Sequence record: MN850645.1
From: Escherichia phage outra
Direction: 5' to 3' (one strand)
DNA: 64,000 bases
Part shown: piece after piece, positions 51,946-61,503 of the stretch
Numbering within the stretch: position 1 is the first letter of the stretch
Layout of the letters: each line of letters opens with the position of its first letter
Translations under genes and position numbers: made by a program
The notes under the pieces: generated by a model
Database searches by the model: none
What the model was told of the DNA's origin: nothing
What the model saw: the letters and a program-made list of their open reading frames with translations, nothing else

Positions 51946-54359
51946 TGGCGAATTTTCCAACATATCCTGCTACGACACTAGAACAAGGTGTTGATCTGGT
52001 TATATTCTCGTCTAACCAGATGCATGATGTTATTAATGGAGATGCTACAGCAACTGTAGAAACCGAAACAGGTTTAATACCTACACTGCGTAAAGCACTT
52101 GTTGATAACTTCTTCTTTAAGAGTCCTGTTGCTTGGTCAGCAGGATCAACTGAAACTGTATTTAACCAGTTACGTTATTTTGAAAACGGTATCTTGAGTG
52201 GGTACTATTATGCCCCATCTGCCACTACTGCTAACCCTGTACCTATGCAGGGCACACCTGTAGGGGATAGTAACTGGACTCTGTACGCTCTTAAAACTGA
52301 ACAGTTAGCTTCAGATGTGTATCCTTGGTATTTTAAAGGTGCTACAGGATATGAAACAGAAATCAGTCCTCCTTATATCTTTGATAATGCTATTGTCACC
52401 ATTAACGGTGTAATTCAGATTCAAGGTGAAGCATTTACTATCAAAGATAGTAAAATTATTCTGGCAGAACCATTAGGTTTAGATCCGTCTACTGGTCTAC
52501 CTAACAAATTGTTTGCTTTTATTGGTAAAACAACAGCCTCTACTTCTTACGTAGAGAAAAACCTTTTGTCATCCACCACTGGTGCAGCAATGGTTGGTCT
52601 TCCATCTGGAGGCAACCTGTTACAAGCTCAATACTTTGTAACGCCTGAGCAGTTTGGTGCAATTGGTGATGGAGTTACCGATGATACTCAAGCAATTTTA
52701 AAAACCATTACTTTCGCTAACACGAATAACATTCAAGTACGTGCAGATAAGAATTATAGATTCACAAGCTCAATTGCTATGTCTGGTATTCGTTGGTATG
52801 GTGGTACATTCACTGGTAACGGTGGAACAATGATTTCTACTGTGTCCTGTTGGATGGAAAACGTTCGCTTTGAAAAATGTTATGTTAAGATGTTAGGTGG
52901 TGATTGCCGATTCTATCGTAATATCTTCTCCAACGCAACATCTACAGCAGCATTCTTAATGCAAGCAATGACAAGTGAAGGTACGTTGGACTTCAGTTAC
53001 AACGAAATGTATGGTTGTAAATATGCGATCCTGCAACAAGGTACTGGAGAAGTAATGACCTACGGGCGTTACTCTAACAACTATATTCACGATATTAAAG
53101 GTGATGCTATTGAACTTAACGTAGTTCAAAAACACTACACTGAAGGTTTGATTATCGAGAATAACCACATTGCTAACGTAGATGCTTCTGGACAAGGGGC
53201 AAACTGGGGTATTGGTATTGGTGTAGCAGGTAGTGGCCCATATGGTGTTGATGTTCCTGACTCACAATATGTACGTAATTTCAGTATCGTTGGGAATAGG
53301 GTTTACAATTGCCGTCAATGTCTACACGTTGAAATGGGTAAAAACTTCACAATACGTGATAACGAAGTTTATCCTAACACAGCAGTTTCAACAGGTACAG
53401 GTTTAACTACTTGTGGTGTTGCATTATACGGATGCCAAGATTTTGAAGTTGATGGTTTAACTGGTTATCTGCTTAATGATCCGTCTGTTTCAACACGCAT
53501 GGTCTTTATTGACTGGGGTGTTAACAGTGGAAGATATGCGGGGCCACCAATTAACTTTACAATTAAGAATTTGGATATTCCAGAATCTTCAATTGAGATT
53601 GCAACGGCTGGATCAGATGCCTGGGAAAACTCTACAATTGTTAGTAACATCAATTGTAATGTTTTTAAATGGCGTGGGCTACCATCTAGCTCTACCTTTA
53701 ATAATATTCGTTGCCGTAGTATTGACTTTATTGGTCAACACGGAAGCGGAGAAGGAAGTGGTGGCGGTTTCTATACTCGCAGCCAATTCACGTATATGAA
53801 GTGGGTAGGATGTACAGCACTTAGCGGAGATGAAACAACAGTTTCTTTTGCTAAAATCTACACTGATCGTTGCGATCAGGTTGGAAATAACTTTGGTGTT
53901 CCAACTGCTGTTGATGGTACAGGTCATCGTGGGCCAGTTTTAACTACTATTTCTGAACAATATTTTACAGCTTATGATGAATTCCCAGGTGGGCGTGAAT
54001 TCCCTACTGGAACAGTTATTCATTGTGCAAGCGGTAAAAAACATGTTGTTACAGTAGGTGGTGCTTTCTTTAGTGCCAACGAGAAAATAAAAGCAACTGT
54101 TACAGGTCAAACCTATCTACAGTCTAATGCTTTAAACTGGGCTAGTAATGGCTACGCTAAAGCAGCAGGTACTAAGATTGTTATTCCAGGTGCAGGTGCA
54201 AATGGCGGCGATCTTGTGACAACTATAGCACGTGCTACATACGTGACAAATAGTTTGTACACAATAGATATTGCAGATCCAATTGTAACACCTACAGCAG
54301 AGAATACACAAATTAAAGCTCTGAATCCTGTTACTTTTGTTACTGTCAATAATGCTTAA
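51945..54359 (+). CDS. tailspike with pectate-lyase-like right-handed beta-helix (putative depolymerase)
   Basis: PEQFGAIGDGVTDDTQAIL signature of pectate-lyase-superfamily tailspikes; 804 aa. Confidence 0.6.
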   Translation: MANFPTYPATTLEQGVDLVIFSSNQMHDVINGDATATVETETGLIPTLRKALVDNFFFKSPVAWSAGSTETVFNQLRYFENGILSGYYYAPSATTANPVPMQGTPVGDSNWTLYALKTEQLASDVYPWYFKGATGYETEISPPYIFDNAIVTINGVIQIQGEAFTIKDSKIILAEPLGLDPSTGLPNKLFAFIGKTTASTSYVEKNLLSSTTGAAMVGLPSGGNLLQAQYFVTPEQFGAIGDGVTDDTQAILKTITFANTNNIQVRADKNYRFTSSIAMSGIRWYGGTFTGNGGTMISTVSCWMENVRFEKCYVKMLGGDCRFYRNIFSNATSTAAFLMQAMTSEGTLDFSYNEMYGCKYAILQQGTGEVMTYGRYSNNYIHDIKGDAIELNVVQKHYTEGLIIENNHIANVDASGQGANWGIGIGVAGSGPYGVDVPDSQYVRNFSIVGNRVYNCRQCLHVEMGKNFTIRDNEVYPNTAVSTGTGLTTCGVALYGCQDFEVDGLTGYLLNDPSVSTRMVFIDWGVNSGRYAGPPINFTIKNLDIPESSIEIATAGSDAWENSTIVSNINCNVFKWRGLPSSSTFNNIRCRSIDFIGQHGSGEGSGGGFYTRSQFTYMKWVGCTALSGDETTVSFAKIYTDRCDQVGNNFGVPTAVDGTGHRGPVLTTISEQYFTAYDEFPGGREFPTGTVIHCASGKKHVVTVGGAFFSANEKIKATVTGQTYLQSNALNWASNGYAKAAGTKIVIPGAGANGGDLVTTIARATYVTNSLYTIDIADPIVTPTAENTQIKALNPVTFVTVNNA

Positions 54360-54363
54360 TTAA

Positions 54364-54386
54364 AAAGGGGCGAAAGCCCCTTTATA
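54364..54386 (+). terminator. hairpin terminator
   Basis: AGGGGC-GAAA-GCCCCT hairpin after tailspike gene. Confidence 0.45.
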
Positions 54387-54400
54387 AAAGGAGTAGTAAA

Positions 54401-56362
54401 GTGATTTTAACACGTCCAAATAGTGCCATTGCAGACATGGTAGAGTCTCGCTATAGAAAGCGTAGAAGTTTTGCAAGTGGTTTTACCTTAAGAGATGCTC
54501 GTGAAGCATTGCTCTTTGAAACTGACGGTAACTACTATCAGTGGAAAGGTTCTCTACCTAAAGTTGTACCTGCTAACTCTACTCCTACATCTACTGGAGG
54601 TATTTCAGATACAGCTTGGAAAAATGTGGGTAATGCAGATGACATTGCTCAAATAGAATCAGAATTAGATGCTATTGAAGCTGAAATTGAAGATCTTAGA
54701 GAATCCATTCCAGAAGCTGGTAAATCAGCTTACCAGATTGCCGTAGACAATGGTTTCCAAGGTACTGAGACAGAGTGGTTGGCTTCTTTAAAAGGTGATC
54801 CAGGTGCTCCATTAAAGCTGCTAGGGACGCTATCTAATACCAACCAATTACCTACAACTGGAAACAATGCAGGAGATGCATGGATTGTAGGCGAGAATAT
54901 GTATGCTTGGGATGGTACTGCTTGGAGAAAAGTAAACTCACAGGGGCCAGAAGGTAAATCAGCTTATCAAGTTTGGCTTGCAGCAGGAAACCAAGGTACA
55001 GAACTAGATTATCTTGCTTCAATTAAAGGTGATAAAGGGGAGCCTGGCCCAGAGGGGCCACAAGGTGTACCAGGTAACAATGCTAATGGTTTTGATTACC
55101 AAGGTGCAGCTAATTCCGTTTCAGATCTTCCTTCTGCATCTCCTGGAAACACATCTCAAGCATGGAGTATTGGTACATATCTATACGTGTCAAACGGTGT
55201 AGAATGGATCAATATGGGTGCTATAGTGGGGCCAAAAGGAGATAAAGGCGACAAAGGAGATAAGGGTAACACTGGTGATTCAGCTTATCAAGTCTGGTTA
55301 AACGCTGGTAACGTTGGTACTATTGACGAATATATTGCCTCTCTGAAAGGAGAAAAAGGTGATAAGGGAGACAAGGGTGATCAAGGTGAGCAGGGTATAC
55401 AAGGCTTGACGGGGCCAACTGGTGCAGGGTTGACCATTATTGATATTCTGACTGACACTTCTGAACTACCACAAACTGGAGAAGATGGTGATGGTTATCT
55501 GATCAATAATGAACTTTGGGTTTGGTTGCAAGGAGCCACACAGTGGACAAATGTTGGTCGTTTAGCTGGTACTCCAATCACTGCAAAAGGACACGTTGCG
55601 TCTGCAAGTGCACTTCCTCCTACATCCAATTACGGTGATGCTTATCTAACGGAAGACACAGGTCATCTTTACATTTACACCTATGATGAACAAACTCAAA
55701 CTGCTGAATATGTAGATATGGGCAGTTTGAAAGGTGATAAGGGTGAGAAAGGTGACGCTGGTACTAACGGTACAGACGGTGCAACTTGGATTGTTAAAAC
55801 AACAGATCCAATCTCTAGTGATGGTAAACAAGGGGATTATGCCTTTAATATCTCCACTGGCGAGGTGTTCTTAAAAACATCTGCAACTGTCTGGACTTCT
55901 CAAGGTACACTACCTAGCATTACAGATGCACCTAGTGACGGTAAGATCTATGCTCGTAAAGATGGAGCATGGGAAGAACTCACCAGTTCTGTAGATGGTC
56001 AAGATATAGTTCCAACAAAAGTAACAACTAATTTTATAGAGGTTACAGCATATACCAACAACTCTGTTACAGGTGACTGGACACCTCCAGGAACACATAA
56101 CATGAATGTGTTGAATCTTACTGGTAACTCTACTATAAAAGCATGGCCTGGTGTCGAAGATAGCACAAAACCTAAACCATTCTCTGCAATAGTTTATCTT
56201 ATCCAAGATGCCACTGGAGGTCGTACTGTTACTTTAGATCCATCTTATAAAGTAATTGGTTCTAGTGATATTAATACAGATCCTAACGGAGTAACAATAC
56301 TACAACTAACATATTGTGGTGTTGGTGATTACGTGGATGCTATTGTTGCTAAACGCACATAA
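54401..56362 (+). CDS. tail fibre protein with collagen-like G-x-x repeats
   Basis: GPKGDKGDKGDKGNTGD, GEKGDKGDKGDQGEQGIQGLTGPTG, GDKGEKGDAGTNGTDG; 653 aa. Confidence 0.55.
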   Translation: MILTRPNSAIADMVESRYRKRRSFASGFTLRDAREALLFETDGNYYQWKGSLPKVVPANSTPTSTGGISDTAWKNVGNADDIAQIESELDAIEAEIEDLRESIPEAGKSAYQIAVDNGFQGTETEWLASLKGDPGAPLKLLGTLSNTNQLPTTGNNAGDAWIVGENMYAWDGTAWRKVNSQGPEGKSAYQVWLAAGNQGTELDYLASIKGDKGEPGPEGPQGVPGNNANGFDYQGAANSVSDLPSASPGNTSQAWSIGTYLYVSNGVEWINMGAIVGPKGDKGDKGDKGNTGDSAYQVWLNAGNVGTIDEYIASLKGEKGDKGDKGDQGEQGIQGLTGPTGAGLTIIDILTDTSELPQTGEDGDGYLINNELWVWLQGATQWTNVGRLAGTPITAKGHVASASALPPTSNYGDAYLTEDTGHLYIYTYDEQTQTAEYVDMGSLKGDKGEKGDAGTNGTDGATWIVKTTDPISSDGKQGDYAFNISTGEVFLKTSATVWTSQGTLPSITDAPSDGKIYARKDGAWEELTSSVDGQDIVPTKVTTNFIEVTAYTNNSVTGDWTPPGTHNMNVLNLTGNSTIKAWPGVEDSTKPKPFSAIVYLIQDATGGRTVTLDPSYKVIGSSDINTDPNGVTILQLTYCGVGDYVDAIVAKRT

Positions 56363-56365
56363 TCA

Positions 56366-56390
56366 AAGCCCCTTCGGGGGCTTATTGTTT
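56366..56390 (+). terminator. hairpin terminator
   Basis: AAGCCCC-TTCG-GGGGCTT hairpin. Confidence 0.45.
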
Positions 56391-56401
56391 AAGGAGATTA
56401 A

Positions 56402-58288
56402 ATGTATCCTATTCCTTTATTTATGTCAACAACATCAGCTTCAGTAGTAACAGCTACATCTATAACCACTTCCTCTATTGGCATTGCAATAGTTGGTAGT
56501 AAAAAACAACTGACATATACAGTTACACCCGAAGATGGTGCGTTATTTGATATAGCTTTTTCATCTTCAGATAATACCAAAATGGTTATAGATAATAATG
56601 GTATGATGGAGTTTGTTGCTGAAGGTGGTTTTGATGCAATAATGACAGCTAAAAATAATTTAGGTGCTGTCTTAACTGATCAATCTGGTGGTTATGCTTC
56701 AGAATTAAGTGTGTACACTGAAAGTCTATCGGCTATGGATGTAGGCACTACTCAACAGTTGGTTGCTACAATCAGTCCAGAAGGTGCTAAAGACCTTCCA
56801 GATATGGTAATTACATACACCACAACAGATCCAGAAGTAGCTACTGTAAGCCCTACAGGATTAATAACTGCTCTTAAAGATGGCAATTGCCGTATAGGTT
56901 GTACTGCAACGTATCAAGGAACAGTTGTGGCCTCTGATAGTTCTTATTTAGGTGTTAATGCTATTCCTGTTATTTCTAATGTAACAGCCGTGGCAAACAG
57001 TTATGGAGACGTTCGTGTTGCTTGGGATGTAACTGATCCACTAGACGGTGATACTTATACTGTAGAAGTATTAGATTTAAGTGATAATAGTGTTCAGTGG
57101 ACTACAACAACCACGAATACTTACGCTTACTTTGATATCTCTGACTCTATTCCTCTTTATGGGTTTGCTCCAACATACCTTAAAATTAGCGTTAAGAGCA
57201 CCAAAGCAGCAGCCGTTATCTTTAATAACTCAATAGCTACAGATGATTCGTTCATTAAAGAAGTTATTGTCTTTGCTGGACAAGATAACGTAAATGCACA
57301 CTTTACAGAATTATCTGGTGCAAATAAAGCAGTAATGAGTAGCACAACAACCCGTAATGCATATGCTACGCAACGTGGTTTAGCAAATGCTGAAGTTCTT
57401 CCGTTAAATACAGCTTCTGGATCATCAGCAGCAGATAAATATGCTGACGATAAAGCTGGAACAGGTACACCAGACAACTACTGGTATGATCTGGATAACA
57501 CAGCAGATGGGCCATGCTTAACTAACTTTATCACTAAAGTCACACCTTATGCAAGTAAGGTTAAAGCAATTATTTGGGGACAAGGTGAAAATGATGCTGT
57601 ATCAGCATCTTCGACTGTTGCAGGTAGGTACAGTAACACTACACGTTACCATGATGCTACGATAGCTATCTTTGATAAGATGCGTACAATAGTTCCTGCT
57701 TCTCAAGCAAAAATTGTTTGGCAGATCCTAGGACGTTCTTATTTATATGGTGTAGAAGTTAATGGTGTGGATTGGCAGAAGTACAGAAATGTACAAAGAA
57801 CCATCTCTACAGCACGTGATGATGTTATCATTGGTTCTTGGGTAGATGGTGCTGAACGTTACAGTGGTTATGTTTATGAAGAAGGTATTGATGGTCGTAT
57901 CCATTATATTTCTTCTGTATATCAAACAGCAGCTACAAAACTTGCTAAATCAGCAGCAGACGGTACAGATTTAACATCAACACCACCTGTTTGGGTTGAT
58001 ATGTCTGTTCCAACAGGAGGAGCCGCTGTAAGACAAGCTAACCAAGATGCAATTATTTCTTGGGAACCAGCAGGATATACCAAACATTACTTCCGAAATG
58101 TAAACGTCCTCACAGCAGCAATTCTTACAGAACAAACTCTTGATACTAACACTTACACATTTACTTATGCAGATCAGGTTGAACAATACGGGTTTGCAGC
58201 AGGTACAGCAGTGTTTGATGTTGCACACTATGATGCTGATAATGACGTGTTATCACCTCTTGTCAGATTTACAGTCAATGTTACATAA
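56402..58288 (+). CDS. tail protein with Ig-like N-terminal region and SGNH/SASA-type esterase-like C-terminal domain (putative glycan deacetylase)
   Basis: VIVFAGQDNVNAHF (GQSN-like) and IIWGQGENDA (WxQGExD-like) resemble sialate O-acetylesterase/SGNH motifs; N-terminal Thr/Ser-rich beta region. Confidence 0.5.
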   Translation: MYPIPLFMSTTSASVVTATSITTSSIGIAIVGSKKQLTYTVTPEDGALFDIAFSSSDNTKMVIDNNGMMEFVAEGGFDAIMTAKNNLGAVLTDQSGGYASELSVYTESLSAMDVGTTQQLVATISPEGAKDLPDMVITYTTTDPEVATVSPTGLITALKDGNCRIGCTATYQGTVVASDSSYLGVNAIPVISNVTAVANSYGDVRVAWDVTDPLDGDTYTVEVLDLSDNSVQWTTTTTNTYAYFDISDSIPLYGFAPTYLKISVKSTKAAAVIFNNSIATDDSFIKEVIVFAGQDNVNAHFTELSGANKAVMSSTTTRNAYATQRGLANAEVLPLNTASGSSAADKYADDKAGTGTPDNYWYDLDNTADGPCLTNFITKVTPYASKVKAIIWGQGENDAVSASSTVAGRYSNTTRYHDATIAIFDKMRTIVPASQAKIVWQILGRSYLYGVEVNGVDWQKYRNVQRTISTARDDVIIGSWVDGAERYSGYVYEEGIDGRIHYISSVYQTAATKLAKSAADGTDLTSTPPVWVDMSVPTGGAAVRQANQDAIISWEPAGYTKHYFRNVNVLTAAILTEQTLDTNTYTFTYADQVEQYGFAAGTAVFDVAHYDADNDVLSPLVRFTVNVT

Positions 58289-58292
58289 ACAA

Positions 58293-58320
58293 AAAGGAGC
58301 CAATAGGCTCCTTTTCTTTT
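58293..58320. terminator. bidirectional rho-independent terminator between convergent genes
   Basis: AGGAGCC-AATA-GGCTCCT hairpin flanked by A-run and T-run. Confidence 0.6.
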
Positions 58321-58323
58321 ATC

Positions 58324-58755
58324 TTAATCAGTGAAAATTACGCTCACATCTTCTTTAGAGAAGAGTTTATGATCTTCACCTTTTGTCTCAAGAGTTTCAT
58401 ACAGGTTAAGAAGTTCTGAAACATCTTTCTCTACTAGTTTCTTCAATGTTGCAATTTTCTGTTTGCGATTTTTAATACGTTCAGCTACAACCTTACGTTG
58501 GTATCCGGCAGTACGATAACCTGAGAAAGTTACACCAGTGAGACTTGCAGTTACAGGATCGTAATGACGTTCAATCTGAAATTTATTAAAAGGTACAGCG
58601 TCATCACGAATAATCTTACCGCCATTACTTACTTGACGAAGACCAGTAACTTGTTCTAGTCGTGCCATAGAAATCTTTGGAGACAGACCAGAGTCCAGGT
58701 TCATACCGTTGTTAATCAGTGCTTTCAGGGTGATTTTGCTGTTCAGTGTACTCAT
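58324..58755 (-). CDS. hypothetical protein (143 aa; start may be Met18 at 58704)
   Basis: ORF track; overlaps methyltransferase 3' end unless internal start is used. Confidence 0.4.
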   Translation of the reverse strand: MSTLNSKITLKALINNGMNLDSGLSPKISMARLEQVTGLRQVSNGGKIIRDDAVPFNKFQIERHYDPVTASLTGVTFSGYRTAGYQRKVVAERIKNRKQKIATLKKLVEKDVSELLNLYETLETKGEDHKLFSKEDVSVIFTD

Positions 58756-59443
58756 TTAGTCGTTCCTCCGCTTGCTTAAAAATATTTACATCGGCTTCAC
58801 AGCCTAAGTATTCTCTACCTGTTAAAAGTGCCGCAACTTGTGTTGTTGCACTTCCAGAGAAGAAGTCTAAGACTACATCTCCTTCGTTGGTATGTATATT
58901 AATAAGGTCACAAAACAAAGTCAAGTGTTTTTGTGTCGGATGAAAACGATCTGCTCCTTGATAGATAGGATACTCAAACACACCCTTGTGGTAGGAGGCA
59001 TTGAAGGTTGGCTTAGAACCTTTAACACAAACAATAGCCATCTCTTTAGCGTTACTAAGGTAGTTAACACCACTGTTGATGGGTACAGGGTTTGTTTTAA
59101 TCCATTCAATAGTACGGAACATACGAAAACCAAGCGGTTCAAGGATTTCACGTAGCTCCTGGATCTTCCAGATATCATACCAAACTATGCAAGTACCACC
59201 TTTTCTAAGCACCCTATAGGCTTCTTTGAATACTTCTTTAAAGTAAGGAATATCTACAACATCCCAATCCCCAAAGTTGTAAGATACACGGAATCTATCT
59301 GTATCTTTTCCAGTAGGCTCTCCAGATTGAAAATTTGTGTCACGAGAAATAGCATATGGTGGGTCAGTAAGAATCAAATCTACACTATTGCTTTCGAGGG
59401 TTTGCAGGTAGTTTAACGCGGTGTTGTTTACAAATTCGCTCAT
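58712..59443 (-). CDS. DNA N6-adenine or N4-cytosine methyltransferase (beta-class)
   Basis: DPPY catalytic motif near N-terminus and DFFSGSATT AdoMet-binding motif near C-terminus. Confidence 0.7.
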   Translation of the reverse strand: MSEFVNNTALNYLQTLESNSVDLILTDPPYAISRDTNFQSGEPTGKDTDRFRVSYNFGDWDVVDIPYFKEVFKEAYRVLRKGGTCIVWYDIWKIQELREILEPLGFRMFRTIEWIKTNPVPINSGVNYLSNAKEMAIVCVKGSKPTFNASYHKGVFEYPIYQGADRFHPTQKHLTLFCDLINIHTNEGDVVLDFFSGSATTQVAALLTGREYLGCEADVNIFKQAEERLNEYTEQQNHPESTD

Positions 59444-59461
59444 TATATCTCCTTCAAAGAA

Positions 59462-59490
59462 AAGGAGCCGTTAGGCTCCTTATATTTACA
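59462..59490 (-). terminator. hairpin terminator downstream of SSB-like gene
   Basis: AAGGAGCC-GTTA-GGCTCCTT hairpin. Confidence 0.45.
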
Positions 59491-59503
59491 CAATATTTAA
59501 CTA

Positions 59504-60451
59504 TTAGAAACAGTGCAGGAAGTTTCGACCATACTGCAAACCAATAGGAGCAAATGGGATATCATCATCGAAATCTTGAACAACAGGTTCTGGTTCTTTC
59601 GGTGCTGGCTCTTTCTTCTCTACTTTTTTAGTTTCTTTCTTAACTTCTTGTACTGGGGTAGACATTCCACGGATAGCAGCAGCTACTTTATCAGACAAAG
59701 CAAGAACTTCACGAGCAGCTTCAATAATCTCTTCTGCCGTTACAGTTTTACCTGTATGATCACGACAAGCGTTAAGAATTGCGTGTCCAACTGAAGCACC
59801 AAGATCATAGTCAGTCACATCAACGCCACGATCTTTAGCAATTTCTGCTTTCAGAGTAACAGTTGCAGATTGTACCACACCAGCCAAGTCGAAAGCATCA
59901 CCTTTCACACCAGCACGTAGAAGCTCCAGAGCGCCGTTTACAGCGTGTCCTGTTTCAATCCCTACGGTATCACGTTTTTTGTAGTTAGGCTTGCTACCTT
60001 CGTTATTAGATGGCTTATTTCCACCTTTTGAAGAAGATTGTGCTTGCTGAACACCTTCTGTTGAAAGAATAGTGATTTTACCTTTAGAGGAATTGTAGTA
60101 TGTTTTGCCATTCCATTCAGAAGGTTTAACATCCATAGTTAGTTCTACACCTTTTTCGATAGTAACCCACTTGTCACCATCTTTAACTTGCAGGTTTTCA
60201 TGTTCTGGATGCAGTTTAACTTCACCTAGGCTAACCCAAACACCTTTATCATCAGCACTAGCACCTTTCTCTTTAATAAGCAGAGATGCTTTGTGAGTTG
60301 ATTCAATTTTCTTATCTGGCTGACCTGCAACCTTAATATAAGAGACTTTCATTTCATCAAACTTATCCAGTTTGACATATTCAACGATACCTTCAGCCCA
60401 GAATGCTTCTTTTTTAGTACGACGGTCGATTTCAGAATTAATTACTGGCAT
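59504..60451 (-). CDS. single-stranded DNA-binding protein-like
   Basis: Acidic DFDDDIPF motif (matches bacterial SSB C-terminal tail) 15 aa from the C-terminus; Gly/Ser/Asn-rich linker; biased codon usage. Confidence 0.5.
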   Translation of the reverse strand: MPVINSEIDRRTKKEAFWAEGIVEYVKLDKFDEMKVSYIKVAGQPDKKIESTHKASLLIKEKGASADDKGVWVSLGEVKLHPEHENLQVKDGDKWVTIEKGVELTMDVKPSEWNGKTYYNSSKGKITILSTEGVQQAQSSSKGGNKPSNNEGSKPNYKKRDTVGIETGHAVNGALELLRAGVKGDAFDLAGVVQSATVTLKAEIAKDRGVDVTDYDLGASVGHAILNACRDHTGKTVTAEEIIEAAREVLALSDKVAAAIRGMSTPVQEVKKETKKVEKKEPAPKEPEPVVQDFDDDIPFAPIGLQYGRNFLHCF

Positions 60452-60467
60452 AAATTCTCCTCTATAA

Positions 60468-60866
60468 TTACATTACTTTAACACAAAACTCTCGTAAAAG
60501 AGTAGCGTCAGTTTCTTCCAACAGGTATTTACCAAGACCAATACCAAATCCTATTTCACCACTTTCGAAATGGAGGATTTGTATCTTTTCTCCACCAAGG
60601 TTAATTACTTTTGCTTTTCCAGGATTATCCAAAACATCTCGTATTGTATCCTGTAGTAACATAAGCTCACGTTTTGTGATAGTGGTTTCAGATATCTCTT
60701 TGTTTTCTACCCGCACTGTTAAACGGTTGTATCCACCAAAGAGACATAGTATTTGAATAAAAAAGGTATTATCTTGAGGTTCAACATCTTTTTTAGTTAG
60801 CTCAAGACGGTTAGTTTCCCTACTGTAGAACGTCTCGACTAAGATTTTAGAACGATTATCTGTCAT
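60468..60866 (-). CDS. hypothetical protein (132 aa)
   Basis: ORF track only. Confidence 0.4.
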   Translation of the reverse strand: MTDNRSKILVETFYSRETNRLELTKKDVEPQDNTFFIQILCLFGGYNRLTVRVENKEISETTITKRELMLLQDTIRDVLDNPGKAKVINLGGEKIQILHFESGEIGFGIGLGKYLLEETDATLLREFCVKVM

Positions 60867-60909
60867 TCAAGTCCTCATAATAACACATAATTATAATGTT
60901 TGTCAACAC

Positions 60910-61503
60910 TTAAATCTTAAATTCTTCGTTGTTAAATGAATCCAGTGTACGTACTTCTGGTTCTTTGGGAATGAAAACGTCTTTTACAAAGCGGAACATA
61001 GGGAAACGTTCTGCCATTTTACGGACGTGTGCTTCCTTACCTGTGTATCGGTGATTAATAGTACAAATATTAGTTTTCAGTGCAAATTCAAAGTCTGGAT
61101 GATATACATAATTTTGACCATCCCAGTAACACAGGCAAATAGCCACATCAAAGTTCCATACGATTTCACTGCGTACACCCTCTTCCATGATCATAAAGTT
61201 AAACTTAAGATCTTTATAGTATGCTTCAAATACCCATTTCAAATGTGGTAGTTCGGCATAAGTGTGTTCTGTTTGCTTAGTAAGTTGTTTAACATTACGT
61301 GCACCAACACCCAACATCAAAAATTTCTCTACTAGTACGAGTGTATTGTGGTTAGGCATACGCAAGTAAATGTCAATATCTTGCGCAGGTTTCTCTAATC
61401 GCCAATCACGTACAGCGCCGCCAGCTACAATTGCAAACGGATCTACCAGTTGGCACATACGTAATACTTCTAAAGCTCGTACTTTTTGATCTTCAATATT
61501 CAT
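60910..61503 (-). CDS. Pol-beta-superfamily nucleotidyltransferase (CCA-adding-enzyme head-like, putative)
   Basis: GGAVRDWRL...DIDIY resembles GGxVRD...DxD of tRNA nucleotidyltransferases; start trimmed to ATG 61503 (RBS AGGAGA). Confidence 0.45.
   Translation of the reverse strand: MNIEDQKVRALEVLRMCQLVDPFAIVAGGAVRDWRLEKPAQDIDIYLRMPNHNTLVLVEKFLMLGVGARNVKQLTKQTEHTYAELPHLKWVFEAYYKDLKFNFMIMEEGVRSEIVWNFDVAICLCYWDGQNYVYHPDFEFALKTNICTINHRYTGKEAHVRKMAERFPMFRFVKDVFIPKEPEVRTLDSFNNEEFKI

Noticed and set aside
54401-56362. Short tandem repeats (GDKGDKGDKG coding) that could resemble a CRISPR-like or VNTR array
   Set aside because: Repeats are in-frame Gly-X-Y collagen-like codons inside a long ORF, with no spacer/repeat architecture or leader; no CRISPR array is present anywhere in the window.
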